Below, in pieces: positions 8,438 to 16,664 of a stretch of DNA of 64,000 bases. The translations under genes were made by a program, and so were the position numbers. Location of the stretch: positions 1 through 64,000 of the IMG/VR virus record IMGVR_UViG_3300035698_011365; one strand, 5' to 3'. How positions within the stretch are numbered: position 1 is the first letter of the stretch; each line of letters opens with the position of its first letter. Source of the DNA: a virus. The notes under the pieces are model-generated. The model was not told the DNA's origin. It ran no database searches and saw only the letters and a list, made by a program, of their open reading frames with translations.

Positions 8438-9339
8438 TAGGTTATTAACTCCTTCTTCTTTAAATTAAGTATAGCTTTCTTAAAAGAAGTGCTCTGTAAG
8501 TTTACTTGATAACCTTGTGAATATACTCTCCCACGTTTATCAAATTTCCAATTCAAATAGAACTGGTTCCCTTGCTTGATTAGATCTTCATAAACATGTC
8601 TAGATGAAATTACGATACGAAGAAAATTGGACATTTTCTCTGGGGTATCGAGAGGTCTCTTAGACTTCTCTTCTTCCAGAAGTACTGCCTTGTCTAGACA
8701 TAAAGGGATGGCGCCAGCAATATTTAGAATATCTAATGCTTGATACTCTTCATGATGATTTCCTGAGCCAAGAATTACAGAGTCATTCTTAGTTAAGTAG
8801 CCTGAAGTATAGTTATTTGTGATGGGTTGTGGTTCACAAATCATAGGTGGCAAATACTTCTTGTCCTCAAGTTCCTGTAGCACTGACTCATCTAGTTTGT
8901 AATTTGACTCCAACATTATTGAGCCAGTCTCACTATTTTTTGCTAGTATGATGTCATACAGGTCTGTCTCACATACCACTGTAAGAAGCTCTGCAGCTGT
9001 TTTGATACCAGCATAAGCGTTTTCGAACTTCAGTACCTGAGCGAGCCTCGCTGAGGCTGCTTGGATAGGTTGTTGACCTACTGGTGGTACTGTTATGATT
9101 AGGATTTCATCAACAATATCTGAAATAAGTACATTCTTTCTGAGATGGTCTACCCTAGCTTGTTTACTGTGGTAGTAATCTTTACCGGTGATGTAATTGA
9201 TTACTTGTTTTGTGGCTTGTCTCTTCAATAATTTGAAGTCCATTTGTTTAAGAGCATCAGTAATAATCTTTCTGATATTATGCCTTGAAAAGCTGTCTTC
9301 TATTTGTGCTTGAAGTATATGTGAATGTAATATAGCCAT
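8437..9339 (-). CDS. N4-like RNA polymerase II N-terminal subunit (gp15-like)
   Basis: KYLPPMICEP, SVILG..NHH and FDKRGRVYSQGY (DxxGR) motifs; synteny with the gp16-like gene. Confidence 0.93.
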   Translation of the reverse strand: MAILHSHILQAQIEDSFSRHNIRKIITDALKQMDFKLLKRQATKQVINYITGKDYYHSKQARVDHLRKNVLISDIVDEILIITVPPVGQQPIQAASARLAQVLKFENAYAGIKTAAELLTVVCETDLYDIILAKNSETGSIMLESNYKLDESVLQELEDKKYLPPMICEPQPITNNYTSGYLTKNDSVILGSGNHHEEYQALDILNIAGAIPLCLDKAVLLEEEKSKRPLDTPEKMSNFLRIVISSRHVYEDLIKQGNQFYLNWKFDKRGRVYSQGYQVNLQSTSFKKAILNLKKKELIT

Positions 9340-9362
9340 GGTTCTCTCCTGTTTATGACTGG

Positions 9363-9629
9363 TTAATTAGTTAGTAGTTCTTTAAGTTCTCGTTCTGCGT
9401 GGATAGTTTTTACACATGTATCTTGAGCAACAAAATAAATAGGTGATTTATCGTGTGCTAGTTTAATACAGAATTGTTCTGTTCTTCCTAATATATGAAC
9501 CAATTTGAAATTATATTTTATACTTAATTCTTTATGTTTACGATTATAAACAATAGGAATTTTAATATATCCACCTCTCTTTAGTACATCTATTATTAGT
9601 AATATTTGAGCCAATGTATGTTCTTTCAT
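9363..9629 (-). CDS. Hypothetical protein with C-terminal tag
   Basis: Likely start MKEHTL; ends AERELKELLTN. Confidence 0.65.
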   Translation of the reverse strand: MKEHTLAQILLIIDVLKRGGYIKIPIVYNRKHKELSIKYNFKLVHILGRTEQFCIKLAHDKSPIYFVAQDTCVKTIHAERELKELLTN

Positions 9630-9666
9630 TATTCTGTTTTCCCATTTTTTATGTTGAAGCATATTA

Positions 9667-9681
9667 AATGCCGGAGGCATT
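9667..9681 (-). promoter_or_regulatory. Class II hairpin AATGCC-GGA-GGCATT upstream of the RNAPII operon
   Basis: Perfect 6-bp stem, GGA loop. Confidence 0.6.
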
Positions 9682-9754
9682 ATCTGGACTCTCTTACTGT
9701 TTAAATACTTAACAAAAAGAGAGCTTTAATCCGTCTAGGATTAAAACATTAACT

Positions 9755-9788
9755 AAAAAATAGAGAGAGCTCACTTGAGCCCTCTCTA
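9755..9788 (-). terminator. Intrinsic terminator after the gp2-like gene
   Basis: TAGAGAGAGCTCA-CT-TGAGCCCTCTCTA stem next to an A6 tract. Confidence 0.75.
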
Positions 9789-9815
9789 TGTAGTCGTAGT
9801 CGGTAGTGTTGAGGA

Positions 9816-10112
9816 TTAGAATAAACCAGCTGTTGCTTCTTCTTTTTGATCATTCCATGTATATGAAATGTCAAGTTCAACATCAGGATTCGCACGGATA
9901 AATTCAATGAATTTAACAATACGAGCTTGATGAGCAATAGCTTCAGATTTAGCAGTTGAAGGATCACGCAATTCGTTAGCTAGTGGAATACCACCTAGAC
10001 GCAATTTGTTAGCGCCTTTAGCTTTAACATCAATGTTGAACCAACCCTGCGTATCAGGAAGGGCTACTGCAGTTACATTTGATTTCTTCGCGGCTTTATT
10101 TTGAACACTCAT
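9816..10112 (-). CDS. N4 gp2/Drc-like ssDNA-binding transcription coactivator
   Basis: QGWFNID...LGGIPL resembles N4 gp2 QFWLNIG...PTGIPL; lies upstream of the RNAPII genes. Confidence 0.7.
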   Translation of the reverse strand: MSVQNKAAKKSNVTAVALPDTQGWFNIDVKAKGANKLRLGGIPLANELRDPSTAKSEAIAHQARIVKFIEFIRANPDVELDISYTWNDQKEEATAGLF

Positions 10113-10166
10113 AAGAGGTTCCTTTCTTCAGTTAAGATTAAAGTTATTTGACAAAATTGTCTTAGC

Positions 10167-10185
10167 CTATGCGCGGTGCGCATAG
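10167..10185 (-). promoter_or_regulatory. Class I hairpin promoter CTATGCGC-GGT-GCGCATAG
   Basis: 8-bp stem with triloop, directly upstream of the gp2-like gene. Confidence 0.7.
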
Positions 10186-10221
10186 CCAATCCTAACCACC
10201 CACACTACCGGTGAAGTATTA

Positions 10222-10255
10222 GTGCTGTCTTATGTGTTAAGAGGTGTGTTAAAAA
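10222..10255. repeat. GTGCT.TCTTA plus TGTGTTAA x2 module
   Basis: Second copy at 12317-12364. Confidence 0.6.
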
Positions 10256-10279
10256 TGAAGGGGAACCCGAAGGTTCCCC
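10251..10279 (-). terminator. Intrinsic terminator with UUCG tetraloop
   Basis: Minus strand GGGGAACC-TTCG-GGTTCCCC followed by TTCATTTTT. Confidence 0.85.
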
Positions 10280-10331
10280 GAATGTGCTCTTTAGAGCTTA
10301 CAATAATTTAAGCATGATCATTCTCCCCTTA

Positions 10332-10727
10332 TTATCCTGACACCATTATGATTTTGATATCAGATGCTTTGGCTCTACGCACCATGTCTGCAGTGCCACG
10401 TCCACCGTCAAAGGCTACCAATACATTTGGGTTGCCTTCATCAATCATTCGCTGATTACGTTGGAAGCCTGCAATCACATTGTACCTGCCATAAGCACCA
10501 TGTTTGATTACAGCACCCTCTACTTCAATGTTCTTCCAATCAGCAGGGTATTCTTCAATCTCAAGACCACGCTCTTCAGCCCACTGATGACCGAGTATAT
10601 CAGCACCAGATGCCATACCAGTAATGAGCGTAGTAATGAAATGAGTCTTCATTATTGAATCAAGGACAGCATACAAGTTAGTTACGTTGTTGTATGTACG
10701 TCCACCAGTTATTAATAATTTAGTCAT
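10332..10727 (-). CDS. SLOG-family (YspA/DUF2493-like) nucleotide-binding protein
   Basis: LLITGGR, GMASGAD, YPADW, AGFQRNQRM, GGRGTADM motifs. Confidence 0.88.
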   Translation of the reverse strand: MTKLLITGGRTYNNVTNLYAVLDSIMKTHFITTLITGMASGADILGHQWAEERGLEIEEYPADWKNIEVEGAVIKHGAYGRYNVIAGFQRNQRMIDEGNPNVLVAFDGGRGTADMVRRAKASDIKIIMVSG

Positions 10728-10843
10728 GTCATTTCTCCTTTAAAATGGCCAGATGTTATACGCATCGCCAATGTTATAAATAATATACAAGTTCGTAACA
10801 GCTACAAATGCCACTGCTATCGAATAGATAAATGAAATCATTT

Positions 10844-11404
10844 TCATATTTTAACTCCTTTAGATGTAAGTTTAGGTTTTAAATCACGATAACATTTGTG
10901 AATGATCTGACGAACACGTTCACGAGTTACGTTATGTTTTGCACCAATGTCTTCTAAGGTATAATTGTTATGGAGCATTTCAAGCATGTCTTGAGCTCTT
11001 TCAGGAAGAGTCTTAATAGCATCATCAATGATAGCAGATCTCTGATCATTTATCACTTTTTGTTCTAGATCACTTTCACCGTTTTCAATGCTTACAAGCT
11101 CTTCTATGTTGACCTCCAGCTCTGCCATTTTCTTGTCTTTAGGTATAGTAAGCAGCCTTCTTGGAAATAGCTGTACAGGCATTACATTTAATGCTTCGCA
11201 TATTGCTATTACTGATGGTTTGTAATCACCGTCAACCTTATAAGGAGAGGTCTTTAGAGCACATATTGCTCCAACAGTTGTTGGGTTAACATTAGAAGCT
11301 CTAGCAAGGTCTGCTTGATTCATTCCTTTGCTTTTAAGAATACGCATAATATGTGCATTCTTGACTTTTATCTGTAATAGATAATCTTTTTCAGTATTAC
11401 TCAT
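10844..11404 (-). CDS. XRE-HTH plus sigma-70 region 4 protein
   Basis: N-terminal MNQADLARASNVNPTTVG HTH; C-terminal TLEDIGAKHNVTRERVRQI sigma4 signature. Confidence 0.85.
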   Translation of the reverse strand: MSNTEKDYLLQIKVKNAHIMRILKSKGMNQADLARASNVNPTTVGAICALKTSPYKVDGDYKPSVIAICEALNVMPVQLFPRRLLTIPKDKKMAELEVNIEELVSIENGESDLEQKVINDQRSAIIDDAIKTLPERAQDMLEMLHNNYTLEDIGAKHNVTRERVRQIIHKCYRDLKPKLTSKGVKI

Positions 11405-11405
11405 A

Positions 11406-11531
11406 TCATTTGTCCCATAGTTTAGATGCTAAAGTAGCACCTGTTATTATTAAGCTGACTATCAAGACAGCGCCCATTCCTGTAGCCACTACAAATGTAA
11501 TGACTGCAGGATCATTTATTAAATAGTCCAT
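11406..11531 (-). CDS. Small single-TM protein
   Basis: Hand-translated 41 aa MDYLINDPAVITFVVATGMGAVLIVSLII...; AGGAG RBS. Confidence 0.6.
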   Translation of the reverse strand: MDYLINDPAVITFVVATGMGAVLIVSLIITGATLASKLWDK

Positions 11532-11617
11532 AGTTAGTCTCCTGTTAATTAAGGTTAAGTTATTAGTTTACGTAATGTAGGCAGCATTATTACTGCCCAC
11601 ATATATATCTATTACTA

Positions 11618-12139
11618 TTACTCATAACCAATGCAGTACTGCATCTCATTATGAGTCATCTCAATACAACCAAAATCATGATCATCTTGAGCTCTTTTAG
11701 TTGGAGCAGTAAAACCCCATTTAGCACGAGGAACTCTATAACCCATGCCTTCACTCTTAGTATCAAGAGCAATACACGCAGCATAAGCCTCTTTATGATG
11801 CTCATACCAATCAGCATTAAAACTGACTTTACGAAGCTCACTTTTAGCAAAGTCCAAGATAGCAGTTCTTGTTTTACAAGCGCTCTTCCATACGACTTTA
11901 TTAGTTACAAGACTCACAATTGAGTTCTTAGGAGTAACTAAATACAGCGTATAGTCATGACAAACCATTACAGCTTTATGACTAGTAGGAGTCACTTTAC
12001 TGACTCTCACGCGCTTATTACTATTACTACCTTCTAAGGTAGGATTAATAATCTGCACGAGGTCTATCGTAGGCATGTCTACTACTAAATAAACAGCACC
12101 TAAATACTTAACGAATGAGCCTATAAGATTACCGGCCAT
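11618..12139 (-). CDS. Early hypothetical protein
   Basis: 173 aa with GAGGAG RBS, downstream of a class I hairpin. Confidence 0.75.
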   Translation of the reverse strand: MAGNLIGSFVKYLGAVYLVVDMPTIDLVQIINPTLEGSNSNKRVRVSKVTPTSHKAVMVCHDYTLYLVTPKNSIVSLVTNKVVWKSACKTRTAILDFAKSELRKVSFNADWYEHHKEAYAACIALDTKSEGMGYRVPRAKWGFTAPTKRAQDDHDFGCIEMTHNEMQYCIGYE

Positions 12140-12192
12140 GACACTTCTCCTCTATTGATATGTGCTAGGTTAATCCCAACACTTCATGTCCT

Positions 12193-12207
12193 GTGCGCTG
12201 TGCGCAC
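12193..12207 (-). promoter_or_regulatory. Class I hairpin promoter GTGCGC-TGT-GCGCAC
   Basis: 6-bp stem with triloop, upstream of the gene starting at 12139. Confidence 0.6.
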
Positions 12208-12316
12208 CTCACCTCTCAGGGAGCTCCATACAGGGCCCCTATGTGTGTACATGCTCATACTCTAGCGCCGCAGGCAGTATCACGCACTGTGCACCACTAC
12301 AGGAGCTTCCTACAAG

Positions 12317-12364
12317 GTGCTATCTTACAGGTGTGTTAGGGTGTGTTAAGGTTGTGTTAAAAAA
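12317..12364. repeat. GTGCT.TCTTA plus TGTGTTA x3 at 10-11 bp period
   Basis: gtgtgttagg gtgtgttaag gttgtgttaa. Confidence 0.65.
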
Positions 12365-12394
12365 TAAACCCCCTATATCTGTTAGGATATAGGG
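12359..12394 (-). terminator. Intrinsic terminator after the first early gene
   Basis: CCCTATATC/GATATAGGG stem with an A-tract on its left. Confidence 0.75.
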
Positions 12395-12405
12395 AGCGTA
12401 TGGTA

Positions 12406-12672
12406 TCAGTCTTTAGTGATCTCGGCTTGTGCCTCGATGTTGTCGTTGTCCATATCTTTAAGAAATGAATCAACGGTCTTCTTACATCCAGTCTCATAGC
12501 CACGAGCTAAGTGATCAGTACCACCTACCACGTGCTTAGTGATAGATAGTAGTGATTGCGTGTCAGCAACGGTGAGGTTGATGGCAGCTGTACCAAGCAG
12601 GCCTAGACCAACACATGCAGCGTTGATAAGGGTGATTGGGCCAGTAATTGCAGGTAAAGTTGTAGTGGTCAT
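12406..12672 (-). CDS. First early gene, hypothetical, hydrophobic N-terminus
   Basis: 88 aa with AAAGGAG RBS, flanked by its own hairpin and terminator. Confidence 0.75.
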   Translation of the reverse strand: MTTTTLPAITGPITLINAACVGLGLLGTAAINLTVADTQSLLSITKHVVGGTDHLARGYETGCKKTVDSFLKDMDNDNIEAQAEITKD

Positions 12673-12715
12673 AAGAGATCTCCTTTGTTAAATGACAGGC
12701 ATGAAGCCCATACTG

Positions 12716-12730
12716 ATGCGTGGTACGCAT
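12716..12730 (-). promoter_or_regulatory. Class I hairpin promoter ATGCGT-GGT-ACGCAT
   Basis: 6-bp stem with GGT loop, upstream of the first early gene. Confidence 0.7.
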
Positions 12731-12896
12731 GTGTGTGAATGAGTGATTCGAGTCGGGGGGGTTGTTTTGGGATCCCCCTTCTCTACTACTGTTCTGAACT
12801 CGTCTGTATTTTATAAATTTATGAAAAAACCTGCTCTTAATAAAAAATAATATAATTTAAGTATTGATCCAATTTAAATAAGAGCTATAGTGATTA

Positions 12897-12986
12897 GGCT
12901 TTAATTAGTCATTTGAGCAATCCTATATTATGTTATGTTATGTGATTAAGATCCCTCGGTAGTGTGATTCCTACCGGGGGTTTTTT
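12897..12986 (+). ncRNA. Candidate ~90-nt small RNA
   Basis: TTGATC-16-TATAGT promoter at 12864-12891, no obvious gene, terminator CCTCGGTAG...CTACCGGGG-TTTTTT. Confidence 0.45.
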
Positions 12987-13237
12987 ATGTGTGTAAAATA
13001 CATAGACTATCTTACCAATTAACTAGGGAGTTATAATTAGTATTTTAGGGCCTGTGTCGAATTACTAATGTGCTTTGCTCGCTTGCGCTCGCTGCACGTC
13101 GTAATTCTCCTCGGCCGGTAGTGTGAGGGGGAATAATGTATGTAGGTGCAGTGCAATTGAGGCGAGCGGAGCGGAGCCGATTGCAGTACGGGGTCACTTA
13201 TATATATTATGAGCCCGGGAGCTGTGAAAATAATATT

Positions 13238-13441
13238 TTATAATATTATTGTTTTGGGAGTGGTTGGTGGGAGTTTGGCGGGGCCTTCATCGAAGATGGC
13301 GAAGTGGACTGTGATTCCTGTTTCATCTTGGTTTATTGTAACTCCGAAGGGCATGTCTTTAGTAATGGTCTCTATTAGCTTACGGAGCTGAGTGGCATTC
13401 ATCTGTGTTTGTGTTCTGGTTTGGTTTGGATTTATAGCCAT
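13238..13441 (-). CDS. Hypothetical protein
   Basis: 67-aa ORF in the terminal region; weak RBS. Confidence 0.4.
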   Translation of the reverse strand: MAINPNQTRTQTQMNATQLRKLIETITKDMPFGVTINQDETGITVHFAIFDEGPAKLPPTTPKTIIL

Positions 13442-13890
13442 GGTAAGAGGTTCTTTTATAGTTATTGGTTTGATGAAGCGCCCCCCGGATATATCCTTTG
13501 CGCTGAGGAATATACCGAAGGGGTTCCAGACATCTTATGGTGAGGTCAGGAGCCAGTATATAACAAATAATATGGGTTTGTCAAAAGGGTTGGATTTAGG
13601 GGGAGATTTTAGTGGCCAGATTTTTGCTCTTAGTTGTCTTATATTACTTAGTCTTATATAGGGTATCATATATGAGAGGCATACAGGGTGTCATATATGA
13701 TAGGTCTCATAACCTCCCGCTGGTGATAGGTCACTTTGATTGAAGAAAGTTGAAATGAGGGGTTGATTTGTTGAAATAGTTGATGTAGAGTAGTGAAATA
13801 GTTAGGAAATCGAACTATCAGTGCAGTACAATAACAGAAAGTTATTGAATCTCGTTTAACAGAAAAGTTAATTAAAATAGGATTACTAAG

Positions 13891-14202
13891 ATGATTAGAA
13901 AATATAAGGCGATTATGCCGCCTGTAACAGCAGTGCAGTGGACAGGGGAAAATAAGAGAGAAGTGTATAGCTTTTTGGGTTCTGAAAAAATAGAGGGACA
14001 AGCCATTAAAAGTAAGAGTAAGTATTTTTATATTCAGTATGGTGATGTGACAGATAGCTTAATGCTAGTGAACCAACATCCAAACAGTAATGATTCAAGA
14101 GTATCGGTAGGAAATATGATAGTGAAGATGGGTACCGGCCTATACGACCACTTCTCTAAAGATTACTTTGAAACAATATATGAGGAAACATTAGATGACT
14201 GA
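13891..14202 (+). CDS. Conserved phage hypothetical protein
   Basis: RKYK..PVTAVQWTGEN...FETIYE family motif. Confidence 0.8.
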   Translation: MIRKYKAIMPPVTAVQWTGENKREVYSFLGSEKIEGQAIKSKSKYFYIQYGDVTDSLMLVNQHPNSNDSRVSVGNMIVKMGTGLYDHFSKDYFETIYEETLDD

Positions 14203-14350
14203 ACATGAAGCCGTAAGTAGAATATATCAGCAGAAGGTTGATCATATTGAATCAGAGGGTGCAACACTCTCAAAAAGAAAAATCAAAATTGTGGTGGAGT
14301 TTCTAAACTCCCAAGGATTTGCGGATCTAGCAAAGGAGTTAGATACATAA
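14195..14350 (+). CDS. Small hypothetical protein
   Basis: Hand-translated 51 aa MTEHEAVSRIYQQK..., GAGGA RBS, overlaps its neighbours. Confidence 0.55.
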   Translation: MTEHEAVSRIYQQKVDHIESEGATLSKRKIKIVVEFLNSQGFADLAKELDT

Positions 14351-14482
14351 TGCCTCTACTAGCAAAATATATGATAATTGTATCAGCAGCACAAATGACC
14401 TATAAACTTTATACCATGGTTCGTAAAGATTATGAACAAAGGCAGCGAGTTAAACAATTCAAAGCAATAGAGGATAACTACG

Positions 14483-14752
14483 ATGGGTCAGAATAATTTC
14501 GACAGAACAGTGATATTACAGGAAGCGCGTACTTATTTAGGGACGATCGACAAGCATATTCTTGAAGGCTTTGATAATTTATATGTGGCTTGGATGAATA
14601 GTAGAAGTGATGCGGGATATCACAGTATGATTAATTTAGCAGGGGCTTACGGCTATACCCATTATAACACATTAGGTGGTAAATATGATGTCAGCGACGA
14701 TACAAATAAAAAGGATGGATACAGTGATCATACGCCACAATTTACCGACTAG
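14483..14752 (+). CDS. Hypothetical protein
   Basis: 89 aa with GAGGA RBS. Confidence 0.6.
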   Translation: MGQNNFDRTVILQEARTYLGTIDKHILEGFDNLYVAWMNSRSDAGYHSMINLAGAYGYTHYNTLGGKYDVSDDTNKKDGYSDHTPQFTD

Positions 14753-15065
14753 TAAATTCACTAAGCTTGATAGAAGAGTATTCGCCAATAAAGATATCAG
14801 TGACGGCGCTGTGAGATTGTATGGCTACTTGTGCGGATTAAGAAATGGTGCTAACTTCAGTGATACGTATATCAAGAAAGCACTTAACCTAAGTCAAGCA
14901 GTGCTATACCGGCGTAAGAAAGAACTTAAAAATTTGGATCTACTCCTAATTGACCAAGTAAGCCCAAGAGTTTATATTGCTTATATTGGTTTCAGTAGTT
15001 TCGGAGCAACGCAGGTAAAGCATATGTGGAAGGATGAAGAGGATTTGCCTGATGAATGTCTTTGA
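14676..15065 (+). CDS. Winged-HTH DNA-binding protein (replisome-organiser N-terminal type)
   Basis: FTKLDRRVFANKDISDGAVRLYGYL...LNLSQAVLYRRKKELK pattern; start uncertain. Confidence 0.75.
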   Translation: MVNMMSATIQIKRMDTVIIRHNLPTSKFTKLDRRVFANKDISDGAVRLYGYLCGLRNGANFSDTYIKKALNLSQAVLYRRKKELKNLDLLLIDQVSPRVYIAYIGFSSFGATQVKHMWKDEEDLPDECL

Positions 15066-15294
15066 TGAAGACTTCGATCCATATAAAACAGAATTAGAGC
15101 ATACGAAGAGAGAGCTTCGTAGGCTAATAGATCCCCCAAAACCTACAACTACAAAGTATGTATTCAAGTTAAAAGAGTACCAAAGGAAGGTGTTACACGA
15201 AATGGATGAAGCATCCTTTTTCTCTGCAGGTCGTGGAGGTGGTAAGAGCAGACTAATGAATATGACTAGTCTAAAAACTAAATTAAAACCATAA
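15034..15294 (+). CDS. Small protein with tag motif and a terminase/helicase-like Walker A fragment
   Basis: KRELRRLIDPP, then LKEYQ...AGRGGGKS. Confidence 0.6.
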   Translation: MKRICLMNVFDEDFDPYKTELEHTKRELRRLIDPPKPTTTKYVFKLKEYQRKVLHEMDEASFFSAGRGGGKSRLMNMTSLKTKLKP

Positions 15295-15303
15295 GGAACT
15301 AAG

Positions 15304-15612
15304 ATGACTAAAAAACTCACAGATGAAGAAAAGAAAATGAAGAAAGAAACTAAAGCCGAAGAGAAAGTGGTTTTAGGAAAGTATCAAGGCGATGATGGTA
15401 ATGGTAATGACTTCTTAACTAAAGAGGATAGTGATGAGCATGTTGCTAGAGAAAAAACGAACAAAACGAAAATAAAAACAAAAGCAGCAAAGCCTCGTAA
15501 TTATGAATCTACGCCTAAATCAACACACGATATGAAGGTAGAGGCTACTCTTAAGGCCCGTGCCCTCAAGAATGAACAGATTAAAATGTCTATGGGTAAC
15601 GCAGCTAAATAA
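15304..15612 (+). CDS. Lys-rich hypothetical protein
   Basis: 102 aa with AAGGA RBS. Confidence 0.7.
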   Translation: MTKKLTDEEKKMKKETKAEEKVVLGKYQGDDGNGNDFLTKEDSDEHVAREKTNKTKIKTKAAKPRNYESTPKSTHDMKVEATLKARALKNEQIKMSMGNAAK

Positions 15613-15636
15613 TAAGATAACCATAATACCCCAATT

Positions 15637-15669
15637 TAAAAGCTCTTGTTTAATTACAGGGGCTTTTTT
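15637..15669 (+). terminator. Intrinsic terminator
   Basis: AGCTCTTGT/ACAGGGGCT stem followed by T6. Confidence 0.75.
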
Positions 15670-15734
15670 ATTGTTGATCTCATGGGAAAACTAATCTATC
15701 CTTTCGAATACACAAATAATTTCGAGGACTCGAT

Positions 15735-16130
15735 ATGGCCAATGGCGTTTTTACAGTAGCTAAAGAAGCATTTATGAATGGTGATTTAGATATGAATACA
15801 AATACAATCAGAGCACGGTTGGTTAAGAGTACTTATACTCAAGATCTGGCTGATACTTCCATGACTCCAATCACGAAGATTACGGGTACAACAGATCAGA
15901 CACTAGGTTCCCCTACTATTGCTGATGGCGTGTTTGATGCAGCTGATCCAACATGGACAGCAGTAGCAGGTGGTGAAACAATTACAGCATGTGTTGTATT
16001 TAAGTTCGTGACAGATGACGCAGGATCAACCCCTATTGTATGGATTGAGCTTTCAGATACAGCCACCAACGGTTCTGATATTACAGTTAACATGGATTCA
16101 GGCGCTAATAAGATTTTCGCATTCACTTAA
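15735..16130 (+). CDS. Structural protein heading the fibre module
   Basis: MANGVF..AKEAF...DL..NTIRARLV...FDAADPTWT...NGSDITV family; precedes fibre genes in many environmental phages. Confidence 0.7.
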   Translation: MANGVFTVAKEAFMNGDLDMNTNTIRARLVKSTYTQDLADTSMTPITKITGTTDQTLGSPTIADGVFDAADPTWTAVAGGETITACVVFKFVTDDAGSTPIVWIELSDTATNGSDITVNMDSGANKIFAFT

Positions 16131-16157
16131 TCTTCTCTAACGCATGGGAGAAGATGA

Positions 16158-16664
16158 ATGTGCAAAGTTCTTTTATTGAAACACAATAAAGATGTAGATA
16201 GAGAATCAGGTGATATCATTGCGGTGTTACCTGATACTCACCAATGGGGTATGCGTGAAAATAAAGAAGTATGGCTTAAAGCAGGAAAACCTGAGAAGGA
16301 TTATCCTGATCATTTCCGTATTCTAGAATTTCCTGGATTATCAGAAGCAGACTTTAAAGCTAAAATGATAGCAGCAACTGGTGTGCCTCTTAAGAACAAG
16401 CACATGATTGATGTTACTAAATTAGATAAGAAATACAAAGATAAGGTTGATGCTGGTGAAGATGTAATCAGTATCGCTGATCTTGATAATGATATACTTA
16501 AAAAAAGTAATATAGCTAAAATCAAAGCCTCTGGTGAAGAGAAGTCCAAGATAGAGCATCAAAAGACTAAAAGATGGACTGACAAAGTGTCTGTCATTAA
16601 AGAAGTTAAAGGCTTCTCGGATGCTGAGATAGAAAAGACATATAAATATAAGAAACTAGTTTAA
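16158..16664 (+). CDS. Hypothetical protein, possible fibre chaperone
   Basis: GDIIAVLPDTHQWG motif; coupled to the next gene. Confidence 0.6.
   Translation: MCKVLLLKHNKDVDRESGDIIAVLPDTHQWGMRENKEVWLKAGKPEKDYPDHFRILEFPGLSEADFKAKMIAATGVPLKNKHMIDVTKLDKKYKDKVDAGEDVISIADLDNDILKKSNIAKIKASGEEKSKIEHQKTKRWTDKVSVIKEVKGFSDAEIEKTYKYKKLV

Larger units (their letters stand above)
12750..13700. other. Inferred genome terminus / terminal-repeat region
   Basis: Largely non-coding point where early and late blocks diverge; in N4 gene order these blocks are at opposite genome ends; G-run at about 12754. Confidence 0.55.

Noticed and set aside
13392-14001. ORFs 13392-13661 (+) and 13666-14001 (-)
   Set aside because: No convincing RBS or motifs; they overlap better-supported genes or the non-coding terminal region
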